From a virus, in the IMG/VR virus record IMGVR_UViG_3300042378_000602: DNA of 64,000 bases, one strand, 5' to 3'. Below, one piece after another: positions 56,339-64,000 of this stretch; position 1 is the first letter of the stretch; each line of letters begins with the position of its first letter. A model generated the notes under the pieces. That model was not told the origin of the DNA. It worked only from the letters and a program-made list of their open reading frames with translations, and searched no databases. The translations under genes and the position numbers were made by a program.

Positions 56339-57600
56339 GATTGTCAGAAAACATAAAAAGAATTCGGGAAGTGATGGGTTTGATTTCTGAACAAGAAACA
56401 TATACTTTCACGAACAAATTAGAATATGAGAAGGCCTTAAAAATTTATAACAAAGCCAAAAGACTGTCCGACGAATCAATAAGAAAATCTAATGAATTTA
56501 AAAATTCAAAGTTTTATTTTTATGTGGGAGGTGAGGTTTATAAAGACAATTGGGTTGCAAGACTTCATCAACAATACGACAAGTTAGTTAAAGATAAAAA
56601 ACTATTGGATGACGACTATTTGATTTCGCAATCTGAAAAACCCGACGCGATAATTAAACCTGTAAGAAAATGGTGTGTAGCTTGGGTTACAAAAATACCA
56701 ACAGATGGAAGTAGTTCTATCCCTAAAAAAGATACAGAATTCATTTCCTTGATAACTTTTTCCAAATACCCACAAAATCCGAGCGAACGTCAATATCATG
56801 ACTATGACCATAAAAAATATAGTTGGTGGGGGAACATTTGTGGTACAATTTATGAACCAACAATGCCAAAACCGATTCTACAAACAAAACACCAAATACA
56901 ACCGAATTTTCAATCTCCACCAATAAAAATATCCACAACTCCATCAGGGGTATTGCCCATCATGCAACAACCTTTCGAACCTAACACACCCGAAAAAACT
57001 AAATTCATGATTTCTTGGACGCTCGATAATGAATGTGAGATGATAAAATATTACGAGACCTATGACGATATGCAAAAAGAGATAAGAGATTTTGATTTAC
57101 CCCTTTTGAGTTCTCACACTGAAGGTAAACCACCACGCTATGCCGAATATCGAACAGAGAAAAGACAAGGTAAAAATTTTCCTGAGGGACCTTGGTTCAA
57201 TTCTTGTACTCAAAAATGGGATGAAAATCTGAATGAAAGTATGAAAGTCGATGATTTCGGGAGACTTCATGATGATGATTCCAAGATAGTTTATCCATAT
57301 GCCAGAATTGCAAAGTTTGTTACTTGGTTTGACAAAGAGTTTGGTGACTATGCCGCAAAACAAGGTTGGTTTATTGTCTCCTCTGACAGTGACATACCCA
57401 AAATAAGATACAAACCTGAAGATGGTAATAAATTTAATCTATTCTTCCAAGTACAAAGGATAGACGACCCTATGGAAGGTGAGGCGTTATTTGGTAAATT
57501 GAAAAACGACCATGAAGCTGATGAACTTGCGAAAAAATTAGGTTTAGTTTTAGATGAGCATGGAGTTGTTATTGGTTGGGACAATGAAATATTTATTTAA
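56335..57600 (+). CDS. hypothetical protein (421 aa)
   Basis: ORF, start overlaps upstream stop. Confidence 0.5.
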   Translation: MRLSENIKRIREVMGLISEQETYTFTNKLEYEKALKIYNKAKRLSDESIRKSNEFKNSKFYFYVGGEVYKDNWVARLHQQYDKLVKDKKLLDDDYLISQSEKPDAIIKPVRKWCVAWVTKIPTDGSSSIPKKDTEFISLITFSKYPQNPSERQYHDYDHKKYSWWGNICGTIYEPTMPKPILQTKHQIQPNFQSPPIKISTTPSGVLPIMQQPFEPNTPEKTKFMISWTLDNECEMIKYYETYDDMQKEIRDFDLPLLSSHTEGKPPRYAEYRTEKRQGKNFPEGPWFNSCTQKWDENLNESMKVDDFGRLHDDDSKIVYPYARIAKFVTWFDKEFGDYAAKQGWFIVSSDSDIPKIRYKPEDGNKFNLFFQVQRIDDPMEGEALFGKLKNDHEADELAKKLGLVLDEHGVVIGWDNEIFI

Positions 57601-57602
57601 TT

Positions 57603-58304
57603 ATGAAAGTCAGACTAACGGAACAAGAACTTATTGAACTTATAAAACAAGTTATCAAAGAGGAGGAAGCTCCAAATTTGCTTGACGTACCTCATTACCT
57701 TCAATCTGATGACAGTACATGTGGTCCCGCATCCCTCAGAATGGTTATGGGTTTTTATGGTTTAGATATTTCGGAAAAAGATTTGGCAGCAGCTTGTGGT
57801 CACTCTTATGAGTTGGGATGTCGTAGTGAAGATATGGCTTGTGCTGCTGAGAATTTGGGATTCGATGTAATTCTTAAAAATAATTCTACAATATCAGAAT
57901 TATCAAATATAGTAAATTCAGGTGTTCCTGTTATTGTAGATTGGTTTTGTGGTGACCCACCCGAGGGACATTCCTCAGTTGTGATAGGTGTTGATGAAAA
58001 AAATATATATATTCTTGACCCATATTTGGAAGAAATGAGAACAGTGACAAAAGAGGATTTTAGAAGATGTTGGTTTGATTTTTATGAAACTCCTATAACT
58101 CCCGATAATCTTTACGTGGGACAAATCATGGTTTTAAAACCCAATCAGAATTTCCGTACCACTTTGAAAAGTAAAATGGAACCAATCGAAAAATTTGAAA
58201 CCAATGAGTCTGAGTTAAATGAAAGATGCTGGAAGGGTTATACTCAGAAAGGGATGAAAACCATGTTCGGTAAAAGATATCCCAATTGTGTAAAGAAAAA
58301 ATAA
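57603..58304 (+). CDS. peptidase C39-like cysteine protease (papain fold)
   Basis: VPHYLQSDDSTCGPASLRMVMGFYG (Gln/Cys) and downstream PEGHSSVVIGVD (His). Confidence 0.6.
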   Translation: MKVRLTEQELIELIKQVIKEEEAPNLLDVPHYLQSDDSTCGPASLRMVMGFYGLDISEKDLAAACGHSYELGCRSEDMACAAENLGFDVILKNNSTISELSNIVNSGVPVIVDWFCGDPPEGHSSVVIGVDEKNIYILDPYLEEMRTVTKEDFRRCWFDFYETPITPDNLYVGQIMVLKPNQNFRTTLKSKMEPIEKFETNESELNERCWKGYTQKGMKTMFGKRYPNCVKKK

Positions 58305-58328
58305 TTTGATAAATTGGTTTTATTTTAA

Positions 58329-58336
58329 TATCTTTG
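58329..58336 (+). promoter_or_regulatory. Bacteroidetes-type -7 element TATCTTTG
   Basis: 17 nt upstream of ATG 58353. Confidence 0.45.
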
Positions 58337-58352
58337 TACCAAACAAGGATAT

Positions 58353-58526
58353 ATGAATAATTTTTATAATTTTTGGGCTAAACGCCTAATCAAAGATGCA
58401 CTGAGATATATTAAACTTATTCTCGGAATTGGACTTTCAGTTTCTTTTTACGTAACATTGAATTTCCCGATTGCCTTTCTGTTCATGGCTTGGGTATTAG
58501 TTGACACACTTAAAGACAAAGAATAA
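58353..58526 (+). CDS. small membrane protein (57 aa, below track cutoff)
   Basis: clean ATG-to-TAA frame with hydrophobic helix; stop overlaps next ATG (TAATG). Confidence 0.4.
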   Translation: MNNFYNFWAKRLIKDALRYIKLILGIGLSVSFYVTLNFPIAFLFMAWVLVDTLKDKE

Positions 58527-58735
58527 TGACAACAAGAATTATCAAAATCGAAAAAGGACTAACCGTTTGGTATGAAGTCCAAGTCTTGATATTGGGTTTA
58601 TTTTGGATTCCTGGCGATGTTTTTAGACAGGGATTCCCAAGTTATTTTCTATCGTTGGACAATGCGATGGAATCGCTTGATAAATTAAAAAAAACCAAGA
58701 CCAAAAAAACAATCATCACCAAAGTAAAAATTTAA
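58526..58735 (+). CDS. hypothetical protein
   Basis: small ORF. Confidence 0.35.
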   Translation: MTTRIIKIEKGLTVWYEVQVLILGLFWIPGDVFRQGFPSYFLSLDNAMESLDKLKKTKTKKTIITKVKI

Positions 58736-58913
58736 TCTATGAATAAGTTCTCGATTTCCGAATTAGGAATCCTTTTTGTGTGTATCATCTGTATTTTTTT
58801 ATCAGAATACATTTATCTCTCACATGGTGACCCCCTGAAGGCTATTTTTCTCGGACTATGGCCTCCAACAATTCTCTCACTTATGAACTATATCAACAAC
58901 AAACGAAAGTAAA

Positions 58914-59288
58914 ATGGAAAATTTAGACATCATTATATTATCCAGTATTGTTTCAACTTTGTTTCTCGTTTTCATGGGAACTGTTATCAAAGAATTCATA
59001 AAGATGGATAAAAATCCTGAAATTGGTCCTGATAATAGTCCAAGGACAAACATGATAAAATATATTGGTAAATTATTCGATACTCCCGTAAAAAATGATG
59101 ACGAAGCCAACATGAGAATCAATCAATACTCTGCACTTCAGAACCTTATTGCTGACATGGAATCTAACGGAGTATATTTCCCTGAAGATGTAAAAAAAGA
59201 ACTACAAAAGAAACGGGAAGACCTCACGTGTGAATATAGTGGTTTACCTTCACCCACAGCTTATGATGAAAGTTTAAATAGACTTTAA
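58914..59288 (+). CDS. hypothetical protein with N-terminal TM
   Basis: ORF. Confidence 0.45.
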   Translation: MENLDIIILSSIVSTLFLVFMGTVIKEFIKMDKNPEIGPDNSPRTNMIKYIGKLFDTPVKNDDEANMRINQYSALQNLIADMESNGVYFPEDVKKELQKKREDLTCEYSGLPSPTAYDESLNRL

Positions 59289-59293
59289 AATTT

Positions 59294-59320
59294 AACCCTC
59301 ACCAAACGGTGGGGGTTTTA
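59294..59320 (+). terminator. intrinsic terminator, copy 1 of a repeated terminator sequence
   Basis: ccctcacc-aaac-ggtggggg plus tttt; same 24-nt core as at 63732. Confidence 0.6.
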
Positions 59321-59325
59321 TATTT

Positions 59326-59712
59326 ATGATAAAAACTATGTGGCAAGCAAACATCACAATTCAAAACAACACTGATTACAACCTTACGGTTGATGGTGTA
59401 GGTCCTGGTAATACAACCATCGGACCGAACTCTGAGACACAATGGTCCTCAACAGAAGTTCATAATACAAAGTCCTTATTGTTTTGGGTAACACCAAACG
59501 TATGGTACATGCAAGGTAATCTTTCCTTTGGCCCTGAAGCGGGAGTTTATGTGGACAGAGGATGGATGGCAGAAAATGACCAAACAATTAAAATGACAGC
59601 ATCAGCGAACGGCACAACGTGGATTCAAACCGCGAACGGTGGAGAGACACTATTAGCGTGGAATCAATTCGAAGATGGTGGAGACATCATTCTAACCTTT
59701 AATAAACAATAA
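59326..59712 (+). CDS. hypothetical protein
   Basis: ORF. Confidence 0.45.
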   Translation: MIKTMWQANITIQNNTDYNLTVDGVGPGNTTIGPNSETQWSSTEVHNTKSLLFWVTPNVWYMQGNLSFGPEAGVYVDRGWMAENDQTIKMTASANGTTWIQTANGGETLLAWNQFEDGGDIILTFNKQ

Positions 59713-59724
59713 AAAAAAACAAAT

Positions 59725-60045
59725 ATGAAAAAAATTATCCTTTTTTTACTTGGTGCTCTGATTGGATTTACAATCGCAGCTCAACCACCAATGAGACCAC
59801 AAGGTCAAAGACCTCTTCCTAATCAATTTAGAGACTTTGTAGACCATCAACAAAGATGGGAGATGGAAAGACCTCAGATTGAAAAGAAAGACGGTAAAGT
59901 CATTATAACCATGTCTGAAGAGCAATTCAAAAGAATGCAACAAATGAGAGCGGCTCAAAGATTTAGAATGGCTAATTATAAACCTCAACCTGCGTGTTCC
60001 AAGTGTCAAAGACATCATGGAAAACCACACAGAAGAAAAATATAA
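59725..60045 (+). CDS. secreted basic hypothetical protein
   Basis: signal peptide MKKIILFLLGALIGFTIAAQ. Confidence 0.5.
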   Translation: MKKIILFLLGALIGFTIAAQPPMRPQGQRPLPNQFRDFVDHQQRWEMERPQIEKKDGKVIITMSEEQFKRMQQMRAAQRFRMANYKPQPACSKCQRHHGKPHRRKI

Positions 60046-60051
60046 CAAATT

Positions 60052-60192
60052 ATGAAAGAATTTTTCAAAGACTTAGAAACATTTGTTGAAAAACAATGGA
60101 AACCTCTTTTAGTTATTTTAATAGTTGGATTCTTACTCACGAACTATTCTGATATTAAAAGTGGTATTGTAGATGCTTGGTTAAATAAATAA
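60052..60192 (+). CDS. small membrane protein (46 aa, below track cutoff)
   Basis: clean ATG-to-TAA frame with one TM helix. Confidence 0.3.
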   Translation: MKEFFKDLETFVEKQWKPLLVILIVGFLLTNYSDIKSGIVDAWLNK

Positions 60193-60277
60193 AACAATAT
60201 ATGAAACAAATCTGTAATTTCATCTCGAAAATAACTTTTGGTAAAGTATGTTTCGGATGGTGTAAAAAGTAAAAAGA

Positions 60278-60307
60278 AACCCTCACAGAAATGTGGGGGT
60301 TTTTTTA
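60278..60307. terminator. intrinsic terminator, sequence variant of the repeated terminator
   Basis: ccctcaca-gaaa-tgtggggg plus tttttttt; abuts the stop of minus gene 60305-60589. Confidence 0.55.
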
Positions 60308-60589
60308 TTTCAGGCTTCTCCAAAAAACGGAATACATCACCCAAGCTTCTTTACCGTATATGGGAAGACCCATGGCTTTAGCCAATGCATAAACATCTCC
60401 TATTGCATCGTTCTGTTCGTCCAAAAATTCACTATTAGGTTCCACCACGAGTATACAATTTACATAGTTTACTCCATCTTCTTTTTGTTTATCCAATTTA
60501 ATATCTTTTATCCACGGATATTTCGGTAATAAAATGGAGCGGAATACTTTATCTAATGAGTCTAACATGATAATCAATAAATATAACAA
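60305..60589 (-). CDS. small protein, member of a three-copy family
   Basis: shares LPKYPWIKDIKL and LAKAMGLP motifs with 62217-62480 and 62489-62758. Confidence 0.45.
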   Translation of the reverse strand: MLYLLIIMLDSLDKVFRSILLPKYPWIKDIKLDKQKEDGVNYVNCILVVEPNSEFLDEQNDAIGDVYALAKAMGLPIYGKEAWVMYSVFWRSLK

Positions 60590-60610
60590 TCTAAGTTCAT
60601 ATTTATCATT

Positions 60611-60952
60611 ATGAATCTTTCTGAAGATATCTCCCGCATCAAAACTCTCATGAACATAAATGAGAATATGTTCCTAAGAAGAAGAGTCACCAATGATGAA
60701 TTAGAGCACGCATTTCAAGAAGCGTTAGAATATGCGACGGTAATGTACAAAAGAAAAAACAGAAAAGCACCTATTACTTTCGACAATTTCGGAGAGTCGG
60801 TAATATCTTTAACTATGGATGAAATTCATCCCAAACTTATAGAAGACTCGGAAGTTTTTCCATACAGAGATATATTCATATTTCTTGTGGACCTTTTTTA
60901 TGATAGAATTTTGCAACACTATGAATCTGAGTTCGGGGAAGTTGTCGACTAA
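60611..60952 (+). CDS. hypothetical protein
   Basis: ORF; CATATTTATC at 60598-60607, 4 nt upstream. Confidence 0.45.
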   Translation: MNLSEDISRIKTLMNINENMFLRRRVTNDELEHAFQEALEYATVMYKRKNRKAPITFDNFGESVISLTMDEIHPKLIEDSEVFPYRDIFIFLVDLFYDRILQHYESEFGEVVD

Positions 60953-61272
60953 CTCGTGTGCATTACATATACTGAAATAGGATGTTTTTCCTCAGGTGAG
61001 AAAAACTCAGGTGGTTGTAATCCCGATGTTTTGATTCCCAAATATCTCTCAATATAAGTCCTTATCTCTCTATTCAGCATGTTTTCCTTATGAGTTTTAA
61101 TACTACGACTGTCAGGATTTCTAATATACCTGTCATCGATATCATCAAAATAGAATATGATAACGCAACCCTCGGGGTCCTCAACAGGTCTAAGCTCAAC
61201 ATCAGCGGGGTTAAATAACTTACTCACAAATTTAACAATAGAATCAACCTCATTTTTTAATTCCGTGGTCAT
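60949..61272 (-). CDS. hypothetical protein
   Basis: minus-strand ORF. Confidence 0.45.
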   Translation of the reverse strand: MTTELKNEVDSIVKFVSKLFNPADVELRPVEDPEGCVIIFYFDDIDDRYIRNPDSRSIKTHKENMLNREIRTYIERYLGIKTSGLQPPEFFSPEEKHPISVYVMHTS

Positions 61273-61451
61273 ATCAATAAATACAATCTCTCACTAATAA
61301 CTTGCAAATAAATCTCTGAATAACTCCGACCATTTCACAAATGTCCAAATAATAAAAATCAAAATTATTATACCAAAAAGTTTTTTCATGTCCTGTCTCT
61401 ATAACATACATAAATACCCATCTTGTTCTTATATTTATTAAAATAACTTTT

Positions 61452-62108
61452 ATGTTTCAAAACGATAATCCTCACACCAATGGAGAATCTTGGTTTATAA
61501 GTTTCATTCAAAATGAAATAGATGTTATATTCGACGTGGGGTGTAGAAGTGACAGTTTATTTTTAAACTATCCAAAGGAAGTACATTATTTTGACCCAAA
61601 CGTAGAGTTTTTACATATTTTAAAAAATCAACCTCATTCAAATACCAAAGCTTTCTACAATGAATTTGGTTTAGGTGACAAGAAAGATACTTTAAAATAT
61701 TACAAGTATTTTCAATCTTTTATAGATAGAAGGCAAACATGCCGTGTCGACAATAATACAATTTTCTTTAATGTAGACAAAGGGGTAAATTATCTCACAG
61801 AAAATAATTTAACCAACATAGATTTTTTAAAGATAGATACGGAAGGTTTTGAGTTTGCGGTAATCAAAGGGTTCGAACAAAGACTAACAGATATAAAGAT
61901 TATACAATTCGAATATGGAAAAACATATATAGATTCAGGTGTCAAACTTGTCGAAGTTGCAAACTACCTCAGAGAGCACGGGTTCCAAAGTTTTTATTAT
62001 TTAAATTCATCCCATTTGGTCCCCATAACAGATTTCCAAGACCATTACAAATATTGTAACATTATTTGTTTCAATGATAGATTTCCCGAACTGAATAAAT
62101 GGAACTAA
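61452..62108 (+). CDS. FkbM-family methyltransferase
   Basis: IFDVGCRSDS (glycine-rich AdoMet loop), FNEFGLGDKKDTLKYY, IDFLKIDTEGFEFAVIKGF. Confidence 0.7.
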   Translation: MFQNDNPHTNGESWFISFIQNEIDVIFDVGCRSDSLFLNYPKEVHYFDPNVEFLHILKNQPHSNTKAFYNEFGLGDKKDTLKYYKYFQSFIDRRQTCRVDNNTIFFNVDKGVNYLTENNLTNIDFLKIDTEGFEFAVIKGFEQRLTDIKIIQFEYGKTYIDSGVKLVEVANYLREHGFQSFYYLNSSHLVPITDFQDHYKYCNIICFNDRFPELNKWN

Positions 62109-62216
62109 TTACCCTAAGATTATCCAACTGATTCGTTCAGTTCATATCGGACACAAATACACCCTCACTATCGTTCGGGAGTGTCCTCATTCACTTCACT
62201 CATCAATTGTATAATC

Positions 62217-62480
62217 TTACTGAACAATAACGGTATGGAACTGCTCGTTCTCAGGTAATCCCAACATCTTAAATAAAGAATTCATCTCTTTATATACATC
62301 CATTCTCATCGTATTCATAATAGCATCAGGGACATTTAAATCCGATGCGGGAATCACTTTCAAACTCCAATAGTTCTTATTAGAATCACGACTATAATTC
62401 TTATACCATTTAAAATCTTCTATCCACGGAAATTTAGGAAGTATAATCCTACTTACAATATTATTTAGTATTTCTTCCAT
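62217..62480 (-). CDS. small protein, member of a three-copy family
   Basis: LPKFPWIEDFKW and LFKMLGLPENE motifs. Confidence 0.45.
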   Translation of the reverse strand: MEEILNNIVSRIILPKFPWIEDFKWYKNYSRDSNKNYWSLKVIPASDLNVPDAIMNTMRMDVYKEMNSLFKMLGLPENEQFHTVIVQ

Positions 62481-62488
62481 ATATAATT

Positions 62489-62758
62489 TTATTCTTCAAT
62501 GGAACGATATTCTATAATAACGTGACTATCCTCTTTTAGTCCCATCATTTTATATAATGAACGAGTCTCTTTTTCAATAATGGTTCCATCACGATAATCA
62601 ATCCTATCATTTATATAGTAAGTAACAATATAATCATCAAATGAGTTTTGCATCCTCCTAACTTTCACACCAACTAATCTATCGTTCACAGGTAGAACCA
62701 ATTTTTCCAAAACCCTCTGTATTACTTCTTCCATTACAATAAATATATAACTCTCCAA
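62489..62758 (-). CDS. small protein, divergent member of a three-copy family
   Basis: LYKMMGLKEDS C-terminal motif and similar length and charge pattern. Confidence 0.4.
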   Translation of the reverse strand: MESYIFIVMEEVIQRVLEKLVLPVNDRLVGVKVRRMQNSFDDYIVTYYINDRIDYRDGTIIEKETRSLYKMMGLKEDSHVIIEYRSIEE

Positions 62759-62870
62759 ATCTACCTTTTTTTATGAGTTTTGGAAAAATATAATCCATCT
62801 ATATTTCTCCAAATTTTTTTTGCCAGTAAAATAAACCCTATTATTTTTGTGTTCTAAAAAAAAATAAACT

Positions 62871-63725
62871 ATGTCAAATTTAACGCGTTCATTCGTAAGA
62901 GGATTCGGTTCTGCTTTAGGTTTTATGGCGGCTAAAGCCACCGTTACAGCAATTACTCGTCCAAGAGTTAGTCAAGTTCAAATGGTCCAAACTACTTCTG
63001 AGGAAATTCCTTCAGAAGTGAAATTAAATTGGATTCAGAAGATACTGACTTTTATGATTTGGGTTTCCGTAATTTATCTTTACAGTTCCTACGTAAATTC
63101 CCATCAATTCACAGACAATGCTAAATTGTTTTTTATTCTACTAAACATTATGTGGATTCTTGGTGGATGGGCAATTATTGTTGCCATCTTTGCTTCATAT
63201 AACAAATCAAAGTACCTTCCCATCATCAATGAAAAATTAAACCAACAAAGAGAACAAATTATCGGTGAGATTGAACCTCTTGTTCAAAAAATATCCCAAA
63301 GTCCTTTTCCTGGATGGGCTGCACCAATGAATCAAAATGACAATTTCGAAGGACCTTGGGATGAAGTAAAATACAAATTTCCCATATCTCAACTGAATGT
63401 AATCAAAGAAACATTCAAAAGAAGAATAAGTTTTATGGACAAATACCTCAATGAGTTTGGGGTCGAAAAGTTCAAAGAAGTTGTAAATCTTGACGAACCT
63501 CAAATAGGAATGACAGAGAAAGAGTTCCTATTATGGAAAACTAATCAAGATTCCTTATTAGAGTCATTCCAAAATAATTTGAAAATGGAATCTTACCCAA
63601 CTAATGTAGAAGAATCCATTTCGGGTACCACTGAAAACAGAACTTTGATTTATGGAACAAAAAAGTCGGGGAGTTACTATAAGTTCAAAAACGGTCAGTT
63701 AGTCTCATACACGCAAAGAGATTGA
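62871..63725 (+). CDS. membrane protein (two or three TM helices) with a cytoplasmic C-terminal domain
   Basis: hydrophobic helices at about aa 55-75 and 85-110. Confidence 0.5.
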   Translation: MSNLTRSFVRGFGSALGFMAAKATVTAITRPRVSQVQMVQTTSEEIPSEVKLNWIQKILTFMIWVSVIYLYSSYVNSHQFTDNAKLFFILLNIMWILGGWAIIVAIFASYNKSKYLPIINEKLNQQREQIIGEIEPLVQKISQSPFPGWAAPMNQNDNFEGPWDEVKYKFPISQLNVIKETFKRRISFMDKYLNEFGVEKFKEVVNLDEPQIGMTEKEFLLWKTNQDSLLESFQNNLKMESYPTNVEESISGTTENRTLIYGTKKSGSYYKFKNGQLVSYTQRD

Positions 63726-63731
63726 TTTACT

Positions 63732-63760
63732 AACCCTCACCAAACGGTGGGGGTTTTTTC
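63732..63760 (+). terminator. intrinsic terminator, copy 2 of the repeated terminator sequence
   Basis: taaccctcaccaaacggtgggggtttttt, same as 59291-59319. Confidence 0.6.
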
Positions 63761-64000
63761 TTTTATCATATATTTTATTATAATTGAAACATGTCCTTGT
63801 ATGAAAGTTATCAGAATTCCAAATTGGGGGATACCTCAACTAAAATAAATGTATTAGTACAAATTATCGAACAATATCCCAAGATAATTGACTATATCTA
63901 TAATCGAGTAGATACATGTTTCGGTCCCCATATCGTATATCTCATACATGTACAAATAGGGGAAATCCCAATGTTAAAAATAGGATATACAAAGAATTCT

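Noticed and set aside
1-64000. Giant eukaryotic virus (Mimivirus-like) origin, suggested by collagen-like genes plus P4H plus glycosyltransferases
   Set aside because: A bacterial sigma-70 factor, Bacteroidetes -33/-7 promoters, intrinsic terminators, UmuD'C, a Dam MTase, S74-type fibre C-termini and a holin/amidase cassette all point to a bacteriophage or prophage of a Bacteroidetes host.

Overview
This is AT-rich (about one-third GC), gene-dense DNA with almost all genes on the + strand, short intergenic gaps and frequent start/stop overlaps. I read it as part of a large (jumbo-type) bacteriophage or prophage of a Bacteroidetes/Flavobacteriia host. Host evidence: the Bacteroidetes sigma-A -7 element TAnnTTTG, mostly as TATCTTTG, recurs upstream of gene starts; there are Bacteroidetes-style signal peptides and a Thr/Pro-rich linker protein. 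Phage evidence: three tandem collagen-like fibre genes of about 1000 aa, each ending in a peptidase-S74-type intramolecular chaperone (tail-fibre/tail-spike auto-processing) domain; a membrane-protein/amidase lysis cassette; a phage-borne sigma-70 family sigma factor; a J-domain DnaJ; thioredoxin and glutaredoxin; and three DNA methyltransferases of different classes. Accessory modules: (1) a sulfation cluster, comprising a sulfotransferase with both PAPS-binding motifs, an APS kinase, an HxGH nucleotidyltransferase, a DHH phosphoesterase (candidate pAp phosphatase) and a Nudix hydrolase; (2) a glycan cluster, comprising two GT-A glycosyltransferases, UDP-galactopyranose mutase and an FkbM methyltransferase; (3) a prolyl-4-hydroxylase-like 2OG-Fe(II) oxygenase that could hydroxylate the collagen-like fibres; (4) a umuD'-like/umuC translesion-polymerase pair in which the UmuD-like protein has lost the catalytic serine; (5) a pterin-4a-carbinolamine dehydratase; (6) a C39-like cysteine peptidase. 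The most unusual locus is 38.2-39.85 kb. A host-type promoter there drives a tRNA-Met(CAU)-like element with an imperfect acceptor stem. This is followed by about 1.1 kb of GC-enriched, ORF-poor, hairpin-rich sequence with its own internal promoter and a strong intrinsic terminator, a candidate large structured ncRNA of the kind that sits next to tRNAs in phage genomes (GOLLD/ROOL-like). Other points are a second recurrent start-proximal motif (ATATTTAT), a reused identical terminator hairpin, a GC-rich gene pair with a duplicated leader, and a three-member family of small proteins on the - strand. All calls rest on motif-level reading of the six-frame translations and the DNA; no database search was run.
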